A stretch of 64,000 nt of DNA from a bacterium (GCA_030429765.1 JAUIER010000001.1:65014-129013), one strand, 5' to 3'; shown: positions 11,653 through 22,232, counted from the stretch's first letter. Notes: generated by a model from the letters alone, not told the origin. Made by a program: numbers and translations.

Positions 11653-13023
11653 ATGGTTAAAACCAAAACAGTTTATGTATGTCAGGAATGTGGAGCCCAG
11701 TCTCCGCGATGGCAGGGAAAATGCGTAAGCTGCAACGCCTGGAATTCGCTGGTCGAAGAAAGTCTAACGCCGGCAGATCCGCGCCGTCCAACCGCATCTT
11801 ATAAAGAACAGCCTGTCCTTCTCAGCGAAATTCAGCACAACGATGAAAGCCGGTATCAAACCGGGATCCGTGAATTGGACCGGGTTCTGGGCGGCGGCAT
11901 TGTACAGGGGTCGGTGACATTGATCGGTGGGGATCCGGGCATCGGCAAGTCAACCTTGTCCCTTCAGATTGGATGTTCGTTAAGCGACAGCGGACTCAAA
12001 GTTTTGTATGTGAGCGGTGAAGAGTCTGTGAAGCAGACCAGCCTGCGGGCCAAACGGATCAGCAGCTCAGATCCAAAATCGCTGTACATTGTGAATCAGG
12101 TCGACCTGAACGCCATTCTGGATTACATCAAGAAGATGTCTCCCGATGTGGTCGTGATCGACTCGATTCAGGTGATCTATAATTCGGAGATTGCGTCGTC
12201 GCCGGGAAGTGTCAGTCAGGTTCGGGAATGTTCAGCCATCCTGACGCATCTCGCGAAATCCAAAGGGATCGCGTTGTTTATTATCGGGCACGTGACCAAA
12301 GAGGGGATGTTGGCCGGACCGCGCGTTTTGGAGCACATCGTCGATACAGTGTTGTATTTTGAAGGCGAACGGTATTCGTCGTACCGGATTCTGCGGGCCA
12401 CCAAGAACCGTTTTGGATCGACTAATGAGATCGGTCTTTTTGAAATGATGTCGACCGGATTGACCGAGGTGCCTAACCCGTCGGAGATATTCCTCTCGGA
12501 ACGCGCCAGCAACACATCCGGTTCAGTCATTGTTCCGATTCTGGAAGGAACCCGTCCGTTTCTGGTTGAGATCCAGGGGCTTGTCAGCCGTTCGAGTTTT
12601 AACATGGTGCGCCAAAAGGCACAGGGCTTTGATATAAATCGTCTGGCGTTATTGATCGCTGTGCTCGACAAACGGATCGGACTCAACATGGCCGACAAGG
12701 ATGTCTTTTTGAACGTTGTCGGAGGCGTTCGATTGATGGATCCGGCGGCGGACCTGGGGGTTGTTCTGGCGATGGCCACGGCGTTGCTGGACAAGTCGGT
12801 CGACCGGTCAACCGTTGTGGTCGGGGAAGTGGGGTTATCGTCGGAAGTTCGCAGCGTCAGCCAATTGGCGCTTAGGGTTAACGAAGCACAGAAGCTCGGA
12901 TTTAAACGATGTATTGTGCCGAAAAATAATCTCAAGGCCAAGATTGAATTGCCGACAGATTTAATTGAGGTCTTTCCCGTGGAGACGGTCCGGGAGGCGT
13001 TGGATCTATTGGAGCAGTTTTAA
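11653..13023 (+). CDS. radA: DNA repair protein RadA/Sms
   Basis: N-terminal C4 zinc finger, GDPGIGKST, KNRFG, Lon-like C-terminus. Confidence 0.97.
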   Translation: MVKTKTVYVCQECGAQSPRWQGKCVSCNAWNSLVEESLTPADPRRPTASYKEQPVLLSEIQHNDESRYQTGIRELDRVLGGGIVQGSVTLIGGDPGIGKSTLSLQIGCSLSDSGLKVLYVSGEESVKQTSLRAKRISSSDPKSLYIVNQVDLNAILDYIKKMSPDVVVIDSIQVIYNSEIASSPGSVSQVRECSAILTHLAKSKGIALFIIGHVTKEGMLAGPRVLEHIVDTVLYFEGERYSSYRILRATKNRFGSTNEIGLFEMMSTGLTEVPNPSEIFLSERASNTSGSVIVPILEGTRPFLVEIQGLVSRSSFNMVRQKAQGFDINRLALLIAVLDKRIGLNMADKDVFLNVVGGVRLMDPAADLGVVLAMATALLDKSVDRSTVVVGEVGLSSEVRSVSQLALRVNEAQKLGFKRCIVPKNNLKAKIELPTDLIEVFPVETVREALDLLEQF

Positions 13024-13030
13024 GGATATT

Positions 13031-14005
13031 ATGACCATTACCTTTATTCGGATTTTCTTTTTACTCGTCAGTGGGGTCACGGGATATTATGTCGGTAGTC
13101 TGCTGCAATCACCGCTGTTTGGCGCGCAGATTGGATTCTTAAGCGGATTGTTGATCATTTTCGTTGAACGATCTATGCAGCGGGTTTCGGTCCGGGGGCT
13201 GTCGAGTATGGTCTTTGGGCTATTGTTGGGATTTTTTATGGCGAAGCTTCTGGCCGATATTTTGTCGTTGATCCCGTTATCCGAATTTATTCATTCCGTC
13301 ACGCGCGTAATTTTGACGCTTGTGTTTTCTTACATCGGAACCGTGATCGCGCTGCGCGGTAAAGATGAATTCAATATCATTATCCCGTATGTGAAATTCA
13401 GACGGGAAGACGTCAAGGACGCCGTTGTGTTGCTTGATTCGAGCGCGATTATTGACGGACGGGTCACCGATATTTTTAAAACGCATTTTCTGGCCGGTCG
13501 TTTGGTGGTGCCGCGGTTTGTCCTGCATGAAATTCAGCATCTGGCGGATTCGGCGGATGATCTCAAACGTGAACGCGGTCGACGGGGACTGGAGTTATTA
13601 CGCTTGATGCGTGAGGATCCCAAGATGGATGTGCACATTCACGAAGATGATCTGACCGGCCCCGAACCGGTGGATGCCAAGCTGATCCGTCTGGCCAAGA
13701 TGATGGACGCCCGTATCTGCACAACGGATTTTAATTTGGGGCGAACCGCCGAACTTCAAGGGGTAGATACACTGAATATTAACGAGTTGGTTCACGCGGT
13801 CAAGTCGGTGTTGTTTACCGGTGATAAGATTGATGTCAAACTAATCAAAGAGGGAAAGGAACCGCATCAGGCTATCGGCTATATGGAAGATGGAACAATG
13901 ATTGTGGTAGCGAATGCCAGTCAGTACATTGGACAGGAAGTCAAAGCGGATGTGACGTCCGTACTGCAAACGCAGGCCGGTAAAATGATTTTTGCGAAGA
14001 TTTAG
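13031..14005 (+). CDS. yacL: YacL-like membrane PIN/TRAM protein
   Basis: N-terminal TM helices, LDSSAIIDGR PIN motif, GYMEDGTMIVV TRAM, QTQAGKMIFA. Confidence 0.9.
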   Translation: MTITFIRIFFLLVSGVTGYYVGSLLQSPLFGAQIGFLSGLLIIFVERSMQRVSVRGLSSMVFGLLLGFFMAKLLADILSLIPLSEFIHSVTRVILTLVFSYIGTVIALRGKDEFNIIIPYVKFRREDVKDAVVLLDSSAIIDGRVTDIFKTHFLAGRLVVPRFVLHEIQHLADSADDLKRERGRRGLELLRLMREDPKMDVHIHEDDLTGPEPVDAKLIRLAKMMDARICTTDFNLGRTAELQGVDTLNINELVHAVKSVLFTGDKIDVKLIKEGKEPHQAIGYMEDGTMIVVANASQYIGQEVKADVTSVLQTQAGKMIFAKI

Positions 14006-14007
14006 TT

Positions 14008-14685
14008 ATGAAAGCACAGGCTATTATCCCCACTGCCGGAATGGGAACCCGTATGGGCTCCGCCATTCCCAAGACCTTGATGGCGATCAATGGTGTCCCG
14101 TTGATCATTCATACCTTACGGGTGTTTGAACAATGTGAGGCGATTGACGCCGTTATTCTGGTCGTGCATCAGGACTTTGCGGAAGATTATCGTCAGGCCG
14201 TGGATAAGTTCGGGATCACGAAAATTAAGGAATATATCACCGGCGGGCAAACGCGTTGCCAGTCCGTCGGGAATGGATTATCGTATCTGGATGATGACTG
14301 TGATGTGATTGTTGTTCATGACGGCGCGCGTCCGTTGGTGACGCCCAAGTTGATAGAGCGGGCCATCGGGATGTGCAGCGTCGAGAAAGCGGTGGTGGTC
14401 GGACTGCCGGTCAAACAAACCATCAAAAAGGTCAGTGTTAATGAAGCCATTGTTGAGAAAACACTGAACCGCGAAGAGCTGTGGGAGATTCAGACGCCGC
14501 AAGTCTTTCAGAAGGAAGTCCTGATGGATGCGTACGAACAAACGGACAATTATGAGGCAACGGATGACGCGTCGCTGGTCGAACGGATTGGGATCAAGGT
14601 CAAAGTTATCGAAGGCGATTATATGAATGTCAAGGTCACAACGCCGGAAGATTTGATTATCGTCCAGAAACTGCTGGATAAATAG
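14008..14685 (+). CDS. ispD: 2-C-methyl-D-erythritol 4-phosphate cytidylyltransferase
   Basis: AGMGTRMG...PK, HDGARP, QTPQ, TDDASL, KVTTPED. Confidence 0.95.
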   Translation: MKAQAIIPTAGMGTRMGSAIPKTLMAINGVPLIIHTLRVFEQCEAIDAVILVVHQDFAEDYRQAVDKFGITKIKEYITGGQTRCQSVGNGLSYLDDDCDVIVVHDGARPLVTPKLIERAIGMCSVEKAVVVGLPVKQTIKKVSVNEAIVEKTLNREELWEIQTPQVFQKEVLMDAYEQTDNYEATDDASLVERIGIKVKVIEGDYMNVKVTTPEDLIIVQKLLDK

Positions 14686-14694
14686 GTCAGGTAT

Positions 14695-15174
14695 ATGTCG
14701 TTTAAGATTGGTATGGGCTATGACATTCACCGATTTGCACAGGGACGCAAATTGGTCCTGGGCGGGATTGAGATTCCCCACGAGCGCGGTCTGGAGGGGC
14801 ATAGTGACGCGGATGTCCTTTTGCATGCCCTGTGCGACGCGATCCTGGGCGCGCTTGGTCTAGGCGATATCGGCGAGCATTTTCCGAATACGGATATGAA
14901 ATTCAAGGATATTTCCAGTCTTAAGCTGCTTGATGAGGTCAAAGCTCAGATGGAGCTGCGGCAGTTTCGCATTGGTAACATAGACTGCATGGTGCAGGCG
15001 GAGGAGCCCAAGATCAACGCGCATAAGGCCGCGATGCAAAGCAAGATCGCGGAGCACCTGGCGATCGACCAGAGCCTCATCAATATCAAGGCCACGACAA
15101 TGGAAAAATTGGGATCTATTGGCCGCGCGGAAGGGATTGCCGCCTTTGCCACGGTTCTTTTGGAGCGGGTCTAG
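14695..15174 (+). CDS. ispF: MECDP synthase
   Basis: GYDIH, GHSDADVLLHA, GDIGEHFP, KATT.E. Confidence 0.96.
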   Translation: MSFKIGMGYDIHRFAQGRKLVLGGIEIPHERGLEGHSDADVLLHALCDAILGALGLGDIGEHFPNTDMKFKDISSLKLLDEVKAQMELRQFRIGNIDCMVQAEEPKINAHKAAMQSKIAEHLAIDQSLINIKATTMEKLGSIGRAEGIAAFATVLLERV

Positions 15175-15193
15175 TCGGGACGGAGAGTTATAA

Positions 15194-15889
15194 ATGAATA
15201 TCACACTACTAAATATCCTAATATTCTTTGTTGGCTTTTCCGTGGTTTGGGCCGTGTTGGTGGCTGTTTTTTTTGCCAAGGAAATTCGCTGCACCAAGGA
15301 AAAAGATCCGGCCGCCAAGGGATATCTGGAGATTATTTTATTATACCCGGGGCTACACGCGCTGATCGCCCATCGGATGGCTCATGCCATCTGGAATTTT
15401 CGGATGCGATTTCTCGCGCGCTTTTTATCGCAAATATCACGTTTTATTACCGGCATCGAGATTCATCCCGGCGCCAGGATTGGAGACGGCTTGTTTATCG
15501 ATCATGGAATGGGCGTGGTGATTGGTGAAACCACGATCATCGGAAACAATGTGACACTTTTCCAAGGTGTAACACTCGGCGGAACAGGCAAGGAAACCGG
15601 CAAGCGGCATCCGACGCTGGGCAACAATGTTGTCGTCGGGACCGGGGCCAAGGTTTTGGGAAATATCACGATCGGGGACAATACCTATGTGGGGGCCAAC
15701 GCTGTGGTGCTTCGATCGGTGCCCGCGAATACCACGGTAGTGGGCGTGCCCGGGCATATCACCAAGAAAGACGGAAAGCGGGTGGATCCGATGGATCACG
15801 GCGGGGTATCTGACCCGGTCATGGTTCATATGAAGGATATGATCAAACGCATCAAGACCCTCGAAGACAGTCAAAAGCGAAAGTCTTAA
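15194..15889 (+). CDS. cysE: Serine O-acetyltransferase with an N-terminal hydrophobic extension
   Basis: DPAA, YPGLHA, GIEIHPGA, FIDHGMG, GGTGKETGKRHPT. Confidence 0.92.
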   Translation: MNITLLNILIFFVGFSVVWAVLVAVFFAKEIRCTKEKDPAAKGYLEIILLYPGLHALIAHRMAHAIWNFRMRFLARFLSQISRFITGIEIHPGARIGDGLFIDHGMGVVIGETTIIGNNVTLFQGVTLGGTGKETGKRHPTLGNNVVVGTGAKVLGNITIGDNTYVGANAVVLRSVPANTTVVGVPGHITKKDGKRVDPMDHGGVSDPVMVHMKDMIKRIKTLEDSQKRKS

Positions 15890-15917
15890 GCCGAATCAGG
15901 TTTTTAATTATCTAACA

Positions 15918-16550
15918 ATGCCGACAAAAGCACGCGGAAAATTTATCACATTTGAAGGATCGGAAGGATCTGGCAAAAGCACGCAGATCAATTTGCTGTG
16001 CGAATATCTCAAGTCCGAGAGACATCCGGTGCTGTTTGTGCGTGAACCCGGCGGTGTGAAGATCAGTGAGAAGATCCGCGATATCTTGCTGGACGTCAAG
16101 AATCAGGAAATGAATCAGGAATGTGAAATGCTGCTGTATATGGCGGCCCGCGCGCAGCTCGTCGAGGAAGTCGTCCAGCCGGCCCTGAAGCAGGGCAAGA
16201 TTGTGATCTGCGATAGATTTTTGGATTCGACCGTCGTGTATCAAGGATACGGACATCGGATGGATGTCGCCTTTATCCGGAAAGTCGGTCGTTTTGTCAC
16301 TCAGGGATGTGATCCGGATTTGACCTTTTTATTTGATATCGACGCGTCCAAGGGATTAGCACGGATTAAACGCGCTAAAGACCGTATTGAAAAACGCGCG
16401 ATGGCCTATCATCGGCGTGTCCGGGACGGTTATTTGGAAATCGCCCGTCGAGAGCCCCGGCGGATCAAGGTCATCCCGTCTGAACAAAGTATCGAAGAGA
16501 TTCATGATCAAGTTGTTAAATACGTTAACCGACTGCTGAGCAAAAAATGA
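15918..16550 (+). CDS. tmk: Thymidylate kinase
   Basis: FEGSEGSGKST, REPGG, DRF.DST..YQG. Confidence 0.96.
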   Translation: MPTKARGKFITFEGSEGSGKSTQINLLCEYLKSERHPVLFVREPGGVKISEKIRDILLDVKNQEMNQECEMLLYMAARAQLVEEVVQPALKQGKIVICDRFLDSTVVYQGYGHRMDVAFIRKVGRFVTQGCDPDLTFLFDIDASKGLARIKRAKDRIEKRAMAYHRRVRDGYLEIARREPRRIKVIPSEQSIEEIHDQVVKYVNRLLSKK

Positions 16551-17452
16551 CCACGATCGAGATTCCGCCACATGCTGATATCGTTGATCGATTGCTGAAG
16601 TTGCATGAAGCTGATCGTTTGGCCCACGCATACCTGTTTATCGGGCAGAAATATACCGGAAAGTCCCAAACCGCCCAGGCGGTTGCCCGACAGATCAGCA
16701 GCAAAATCGATACGCATGTGATCGAATGCGAGTATGGCGAGAAGATCAAGATCGATGAGATCCGTCAGATTCTGGGTATGGTCAAGCTGCGTCCGTTCAA
16801 CGCCCCAAAAAAGGTCTTTATCATTCGGGATGTGGAACAGCTCACGATCGAGAGCTCCAACGCCCTGCTTAAAACCCTCGAAGAACCTTCAGCCAGCAGT
16901 GTGCTGATTTTAACGACATCAGTGGTCGAGCGACTGCTTCCTACGATCATTTCCAGATGTCACCGTGTGTATTTCGCGACCCCCTCGAAAGAATATCTTG
17001 CAGAACAATTGCAGACCCATTATCATGAAGACGCCTCAGAAGCGCATTTCCTCGGGGCCTTCGCGGACGGAAGTCTGGGAGCCGCGATGAAATACAAAGA
17101 AAAAAAGCTCTTTTCGGCCAAGAATCAATGGATTACGGAGTATATATTCGGTCAGCAGCCGGATGATTTTATCAAGAACCGGCTCAAGGATAAGGAAGTT
17201 ACTAAGGACTTTCTGGATGTGCTGTTGAGCTGGGTCCGTGATGCGACATTGATTCATGTCGAGGTACCGAGCCGCTCGTTAGTGCATCTGGATCGAGTGG
17301 ATGAGCTGAATCGATTCGTCCGGCAATTTGACTTTGATTATTTGCAGGAAGTTTATGCTGAAATTGTGCAGGCGCAGAAAATGCTGGCGGAGAATTTGAA
17401 TATCAAATTGCCGCTGTTGATCATAAAGGAGAAGTTGTCATGGGGAAGATAG
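16547..17452 (+). CDS. holB: DNA polymerase III delta' subunit
   Basis: HAYLF, NALLKTLEEP, LPTIISRC; located between tmk and PSP1. Confidence 0.88.
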   Translation: MTTIEIPPHADIVDRLLKLHEADRLAHAYLFIGQKYTGKSQTAQAVARQISSKIDTHVIECEYGEKIKIDEIRQILGMVKLRPFNAPKKVFIIRDVEQLTIESSNALLKTLEEPSASSVLILTTSVVERLLPTIISRCHRVYFATPSKEYLAEQLQTHYHEDASEAHFLGAFADGSLGAAMKYKEKKLFSAKNQWITEYIFGQQPDDFIKNRLKDKEVTKDFLDVLLSWVRDATLIHVEVPSRSLVHLDRVDELNRFVRQFDFDYLQEVYAEIVQAQKMLAENLNIKLPLLIIKEKLSWGR

Positions 17453-18228
17453 TGGAAGTCCAACTCGGAGAATACCGTTCGGTTGGATTTTATGACTTAA
17501 ATGGAGTGGATTGCGACCGCGATGACTACGTGGTCCTGGAAATAGATCGGGGATCAGAATTCGGGAAGATCGTATCAGAGGTAGACCGAGCCTGTACGGG
17601 CAAGACGGACAACGCCAAGGGCAAGATTCTACGCAAGTGTACCGAGGGCGATCTCAAGCAGATTGAAAACAACCGCAGCAAGGCCAAAGACGCGTACAAC
17701 ATTTGCACCCGTAAAATCACCGACCGTAAGCTTGAGATGAAGGTCACCAAGGTCGAGTATACATTTGATTGCAGTAAGATTATCTTTTTCTTTACGGCGG
17801 AAGGACGGGTGGACTTTCGCGCGCTCGTCAAGGATTTGGCCAAGGTGTTCCGGGTCCGAATTGAGCTCAAACAGATCGGTGTCCGCGATAAGGCCAAGAT
17901 CGTCGGTGGATACGGCGTCTGCGGACGGGAATTATGCTGCACGTCTTTCATGAAGAGTTTTCATCCGCTGTCGATCAAGATGGCCAAGGAGCAGGGACTG
18001 CCGTTGAACCCGTCCAGAATATCGGGGGTTTGCGGTCGGATCAAGTGCTGTATGGCTTATGAGTTTCAAGTCTATAAAGAATTGTCCCGTAATCTGCCGC
18101 ATGTCGGAGAAAGGATTGTCTTGCCGGAAGGCAAGGGACGGGTCATTGATGTGAATATCCTTCGCCGGCTGGTCAGTGTTGAGTTGCCGGAAGGACAGGT
18201 TGTTCGAACTGAATATACTAAAAAATAG
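17440..18228 (+). CDS. ricT: PSP1-domain protein, RicT/YaaT family
   Basis: RVDFRALVKDLA, RIELKQIGVRD, CGRELCC, SG.CGR..CC. Confidence 0.9.
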   Translation: MGKIVEVQLGEYRSVGFYDLNGVDCDRDDYVVLEIDRGSEFGKIVSEVDRACTGKTDNAKGKILRKCTEGDLKQIENNRSKAKDAYNICTRKITDRKLEMKVTKVEYTFDCSKIIFFFTAEGRVDFRALVKDLAKVFRVRIELKQIGVRDKAKIVGGYGVCGRELCCTSFMKSFHPLSIKMAKEQGLPLNPSRISGVCGRIKCCMAYEFQVYKELSRNLPHVGERIVLPEGKGRVIDVNILRRLVSVELPEGQVVRTEYTKK

Positions 18229-18283
18229 GGACAATCCGTCTGCTGATGTCAAAAATTGGCGGGCGGATTTTGTTTGAAAGATT

Positions 18284-19792
18284 ATGGCACAAAAAAATTT
18301 CTATCTGACTACGCCGATCTATTATGTCAATGATGAACCGCATATCGGCCACGCCTATACCACGATACTGGCTGATGTGATTTCTCGTTTTCATCGGGCG
18401 AACGGCGACGAGGTTTTCTTCCTGACCGGTTTGGATGAACATGGCCAGAAAGTGCAGCAGGCGGCGGAAAAGCGTGGTCGCCAGCCCCAGGAGCATTGTG
18501 ATCTACTGGCGCCGCGGTTTATTCAGCTGTGGGAAAAGCTTGAGATCAAGTATGACGATTTTATCCGCACCACACAGGAACGCCATACCCGAATTGTTCA
18601 GCAGGTCCTGCAGGATGTTTACGATAAAGACGACATTTACATGGCCGAATACGAAGGATGGTACTCGGTGTCCGAAGAACGCTTTATCACGGACACGGAG
18701 AAGGATTCCGGAGAGTTCCGTGATATTAAGAAGATCCAGGAGAAAAATTATTTCTTCAAGATGAGCAAATATCAGGACCGTCTCATCGAGCATATTCAAT
18801 CCAACCCTGAATTTATCCAGCCCGAGCATCGCAAAAATGAGATCCTCGGATTTTTACGTCAGCCGTTGAATGATCTATGTATCTCACGTCCCAAATCACG
18901 GATGAGCTGGGGGATAGATTTGCCGTTTGACGATGAGTATGTGACTTATGTGTGGTTTGACGCGCTTCTCAATTACGTGTCGGGACCGGGTTATGGATCG
19001 GATGAGGCCAAGTTCAACAAATGGTGGCCGGCGGATGTGCATTTAATCGGGAAAGATATTTTGACAACCCATTGTGTGTATTGGCCGACGATGCTGTTTT
19101 CGATGGGGGTCGAACTGCCCAAGACGATATTCGCGCATGGCTGGTGGCTGACGGGCGATACCAAGATGAGTAAATCATTGGGCAACGTGGTGAATCCGTT
19201 AGACCTGATTGACGAATATGGCGTTGATCCGGTCCGCTACTATTTGATGAGTGAAATGGTGTTGGGACAGGACGCGAACTTTACCATGGAATCATTTATC
19301 AAGCGGTTTAACAGTGACCTGGCCAATGATTTCGGAAATCTTCTGAACCGTGTGAGCGGATTGATCGGAAAATATTTTGATGGCGTCATCCCGGAATTAG
19401 GTGAGTTAACACCGTCGGAACAACCGGTTGTCGAAAAGATTAACGCGCTCGAGTCTCAGGTTGCCGAATCGATCAACCAGCTTAAGGTCCAGGAGGCCGT
19501 GGATCAAATTCTGCAGCTGGTTCGTCTGGTTAATAAATACATGGAAGAACAGGCGCCGTGGCGCGTGGCCAAAGAGGATCTTTCGGCCGCCGGACGGATT
19601 CTGTATACCGCGACGGAAGCCCTGCGGGTTGTCGCTGTTCATTTAACAGCGGTGATGCCGGATAAAACGCGTACCGTTTTAGAAGTTCTCGGCGCGTTGG
19701 GGACCGGTAGTCAGTGGGGGCAATTGACCTCCGGCACCAAGTTGAAAGAACATGACGCCCTGTTCCCGCGATTGGAATTGCCTGCCGAATAA
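18284..19792 (+). CDS. metG: Methionyl-tRNA synthetase, short form
   Basis: HIGH (PHIGHAY), KMSKS, YVWFDAL. Confidence 0.96.
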   Translation: MAQKNFYLTTPIYYVNDEPHIGHAYTTILADVISRFHRANGDEVFFLTGLDEHGQKVQQAAEKRGRQPQEHCDLLAPRFIQLWEKLEIKYDDFIRTTQERHTRIVQQVLQDVYDKDDIYMAEYEGWYSVSEERFITDTEKDSGEFRDIKKIQEKNYFFKMSKYQDRLIEHIQSNPEFIQPEHRKNEILGFLRQPLNDLCISRPKSRMSWGIDLPFDDEYVTYVWFDALLNYVSGPGYGSDEAKFNKWWPADVHLIGKDILTTHCVYWPTMLFSMGVELPKTIFAHGWWLTGDTKMSKSLGNVVNPLDLIDEYGVDPVRYYLMSEMVLGQDANFTMESFIKRFNSDLANDFGNLLNRVSGLIGKYFDGVIPELGELTPSEQPVVEKINALESQVAESINQLKVQEAVDQILQLVRLVNKYMEEQAPWRVAKEDLSAAGRILYTATEALRVVAVHLTAVMPDKTRTVLEVLGALGTGSQWGQLTSGTKLKEHDALFPRLELPAE

Positions 19793-19808
19793 AATTTCAA
19801 GGAGTCTT

Positions 19809-20852
19809 ATGGCCGTAGAAACAATCAAATGGGTGAACGGACGGATCCGGCTGATCGATCAGACACAGCTGCCCGACAAGTTTGAATATATCTATTGTGA
19901 CGATATCCGAACGTTGTGGAAGGCCATCAAAGTGCTGAGTGTTCGGGGCGCGCCCGCCATTGGAGTCGCCGCGGCGTTCGGCGTGGTGCTAGCGGCTAAT
20001 AATTCCACCACCAAAAATGTAAAGACACTTACCCGGCAGGTGCGTAAGGCATGCGGATATTTGTCAACATCACGTCCAACCGCGGTCAATCTGTTTTACG
20101 CGCTGGCCCGGATGGAGAAAGTTCTGGACCGTGATGATCTTCATTCCGTGGAAGATATCAAAAAGGCGCTCAAGGCCGAGGCCATGGCCATGTTCCGGGA
20201 AGATCAAACGGTCTGCCGCAATATGGGACGCGTCGGCGCCAAGCTCATCAAAAATAATTCGGCGATCATGACAATTTGTAATGCCGGAGCGCTCGCCACC
20301 GCGGATTATGGGACCGCCCTCGGAGTCATGTATGCCGCCCAGGAACAGGGGAAGGAGTTTAAGGTCTACGCCTGCGAGACACGCCCGCTGCTTCAAGGCG
20401 CCAGGTTGACGGCATGGGAATTGCATAAATCGGGGATTGATACGACGCTGATTTGCGACAGCATGGCGGCAACGCTCATGAAACAGGGACGGATTAGCGC
20501 GGTCTTTACCGGTGCCGACCGGATCGCCTCTAATGGGGATACGGCCAATAAAATCGGTACTTACAATTTGGCCGTGTTGTGTAAGCATCACCGGATTCCT
20601 TTTTATGTTGTGGCGCCGATCTCAACCTTTGATATGTCTATTCGGGATGGATCAGAAATTCCCATCGAAGAACGCGGACGCGACGAGGTGGCCGGTTTCA
20701 GAGATGTACAAACCGCGCCCCGGGGTGTGCCAGTATATAATCCTGCGTTTGATGTGACCGAAGCGAAATTGATTACCGGCATTGTCACAGAGAACGGACT
20801 CATCGCCGGGCCTAGCAAAACACGAGTCAAAAAAATTGTCAACGCGTCATGA
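19809..20852 (+). CDS. mtnA: Methylthioribose-1-phosphate isomerase
   Basis: VRGAPAIG, RPTAVNL, CNAGALAT, ETRPLLQGARLT, NKIGTY. Confidence 0.95.
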   Translation: MAVETIKWVNGRIRLIDQTQLPDKFEYIYCDDIRTLWKAIKVLSVRGAPAIGVAAAFGVVLAANNSTTKNVKTLTRQVRKACGYLSTSRPTAVNLFYALARMEKVLDRDDLHSVEDIKKALKAEAMAMFREDQTVCRNMGRVGAKLIKNNSAIMTICNAGALATADYGTALGVMYAAQEQGKEFKVYACETRPLLQGARLTAWELHKSGIDTTLICDSMAATLMKQGRISAVFTGADRIASNGDTANKIGTYNLAVLCKHHRIPFYVVAPISTFDMSIRDGSEIPIEERGRDEVAGFRDVQTAPRGVPVYNPAFDVTEAKLITGIVTENGLIAGPSKTRVKKIVNAS

Positions 20853-21760
20853 TGTCAAATCAAACCCCGCTGCGCGGACTGGGTGAATTCCAACTTATCC
20901 AAGAGATCACAAAATCATTGCCAACCGGTGGAAGTATTGTCGCGGCAGGAGATGACACGGCGGTATTGCCGTACACCAAAAACAAGTATCAGCTAATTAC
21001 CACGGACATGCTCATCGAGGGCGTACATTTTACGGCTGATACGCCCGCGACGAAGATCGGAGCCAAGGCGCTGAACGTCAACATCAGTGATATCGCGTCG
21101 ATGGGGGGGCGGCCAAAATTTGCGGTGGTGTCAATCGGTCTGCCGGCCGGCCAGACGCTGGGATATGTCAGGAAAATCTATCAGGGACTCAGACGATCGG
21201 CCGAGGCCTTTAATATCGGTATCGTCGGCGGCGATACCACGCGGTCTGCGCGGGTGGTGATCAATATCACACTCACCGGCGACGTGGACAAACGTCGGGT
21301 GATTCGCCGGGACGGGGCCAGGCCGGGCCATTTGATCTTTACAACCGGACGTCTGGGAGGATCATTGGCCAGTGGACGGCATTTGACCTTCAAACCGCGG
21401 CTGGCCGAAGCTCAATATTTAGTCCAGTCAATCCGGCCGAGCGCGATGATTGATTGTTCGGACGGACTGGCCGCTGATTTAGGACACATTCTCAAAGCCA
21501 GCGGCTGCGGGGCGGTCTTGTATGAGACGAAGATTCCATGCCACCGAAACGCGACCATAAAACAGGCCCTGGAAGACGGGGAAGATTTTGAACTCATCTT
21601 TACCGTACCGGGAAAGCGTGCGGCGCGATTAATGAATGAAAAACACGCCAGGTTTAAATTTTATCCGATCGGAGAGGTCACCGACGGCGGATATTGGTTG
21701 ATCAAAACGAATGATCAAAAAATTGCGTTAACCCCAACCGGATACAATCATTTTAAATAG
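20849..21760 (+). CDS. thiL: Thiamine-monophosphate kinase
   Basis: GDDTA, EGVHF, NISDIASMG, GGDT, DCSDGL, GEDFEL. Confidence 0.95.
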   Translation: MMSNQTPLRGLGEFQLIQEITKSLPTGGSIVAAGDDTAVLPYTKNKYQLITTDMLIEGVHFTADTPATKIGAKALNVNISDIASMGGRPKFAVVSIGLPAGQTLGYVRKIYQGLRRSAEAFNIGIVGGDTTRSARVVINITLTGDVDKRRVIRRDGARPGHLIFTTGRLGGSLASGRHLTFKPRLAEAQYLVQSIRPSAMIDCSDGLAADLGHILKASGCGAVLYETKIPCHRNATIKQALEDGEDFELIFTVPGKRAARLMNEKHARFKFYPIGEVTDGGYWLIKTNDQKIALTPTGYNHFK

Positions 21761-21761
21761 A

Positions 21762-22232
21762 ATGTCAGCATACATTAGTCAATCAGAAAAACAGACCCGT
21801 GCCGTGGCCACGCAGTTGGCTCAGGAATTGCGGCCAGGCGATATTATCAATCTGATAGGAGACCTTGGCGCCGGAAAGACCACGTTTGTGAAAGGTTTGG
21901 CCGCCGGTTTGAAAATCACTCCGGAAGCCGTCAGCAGTCCGACTTTTGTCCTGATGAATATTTATGAGACGAATCCGCCGATCTATCATTTTGATTTATA
22001 TCGTTTGGAAGGGACCGAAGATATGCGGCAAATGGGATTCGATGAATTTTTTTACGGTGAAGGCATCGCGGTGATCGAGTGGGCTGAGCGGCTGGGAGAG
22101 CTTATGCCGCCGGCGTATTTAAAGATTGAGATTGCTCATCAAGGTGAGTCCGAACGCGCCATCACCATCAGCGGGGTGGGAGAACGATTTGAACAGATCG
22201 CGGATCACATGCAGACATGGATGACGGCATGA
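21762..22232 (+). CDS. tsaE: t6A biosynthesis ATPase TsaE
   Basis: GDLGAGKT, SPTF, HFDLYRL, IEW. Confidence 0.95.
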   Translation: MSAYISQSEKQTRAVATQLAQELRPGDIINLIGDLGAGKTTFVKGLAAGLKITPEAVSSPTFVLMNIYETNPPIYHFDLYRLEGTEDMRQMGFDEFFYGEGIAVIEWAERLGELMPPAYLKIEIAHQGESERAITISGVGERFEQIADHMQTWMTA

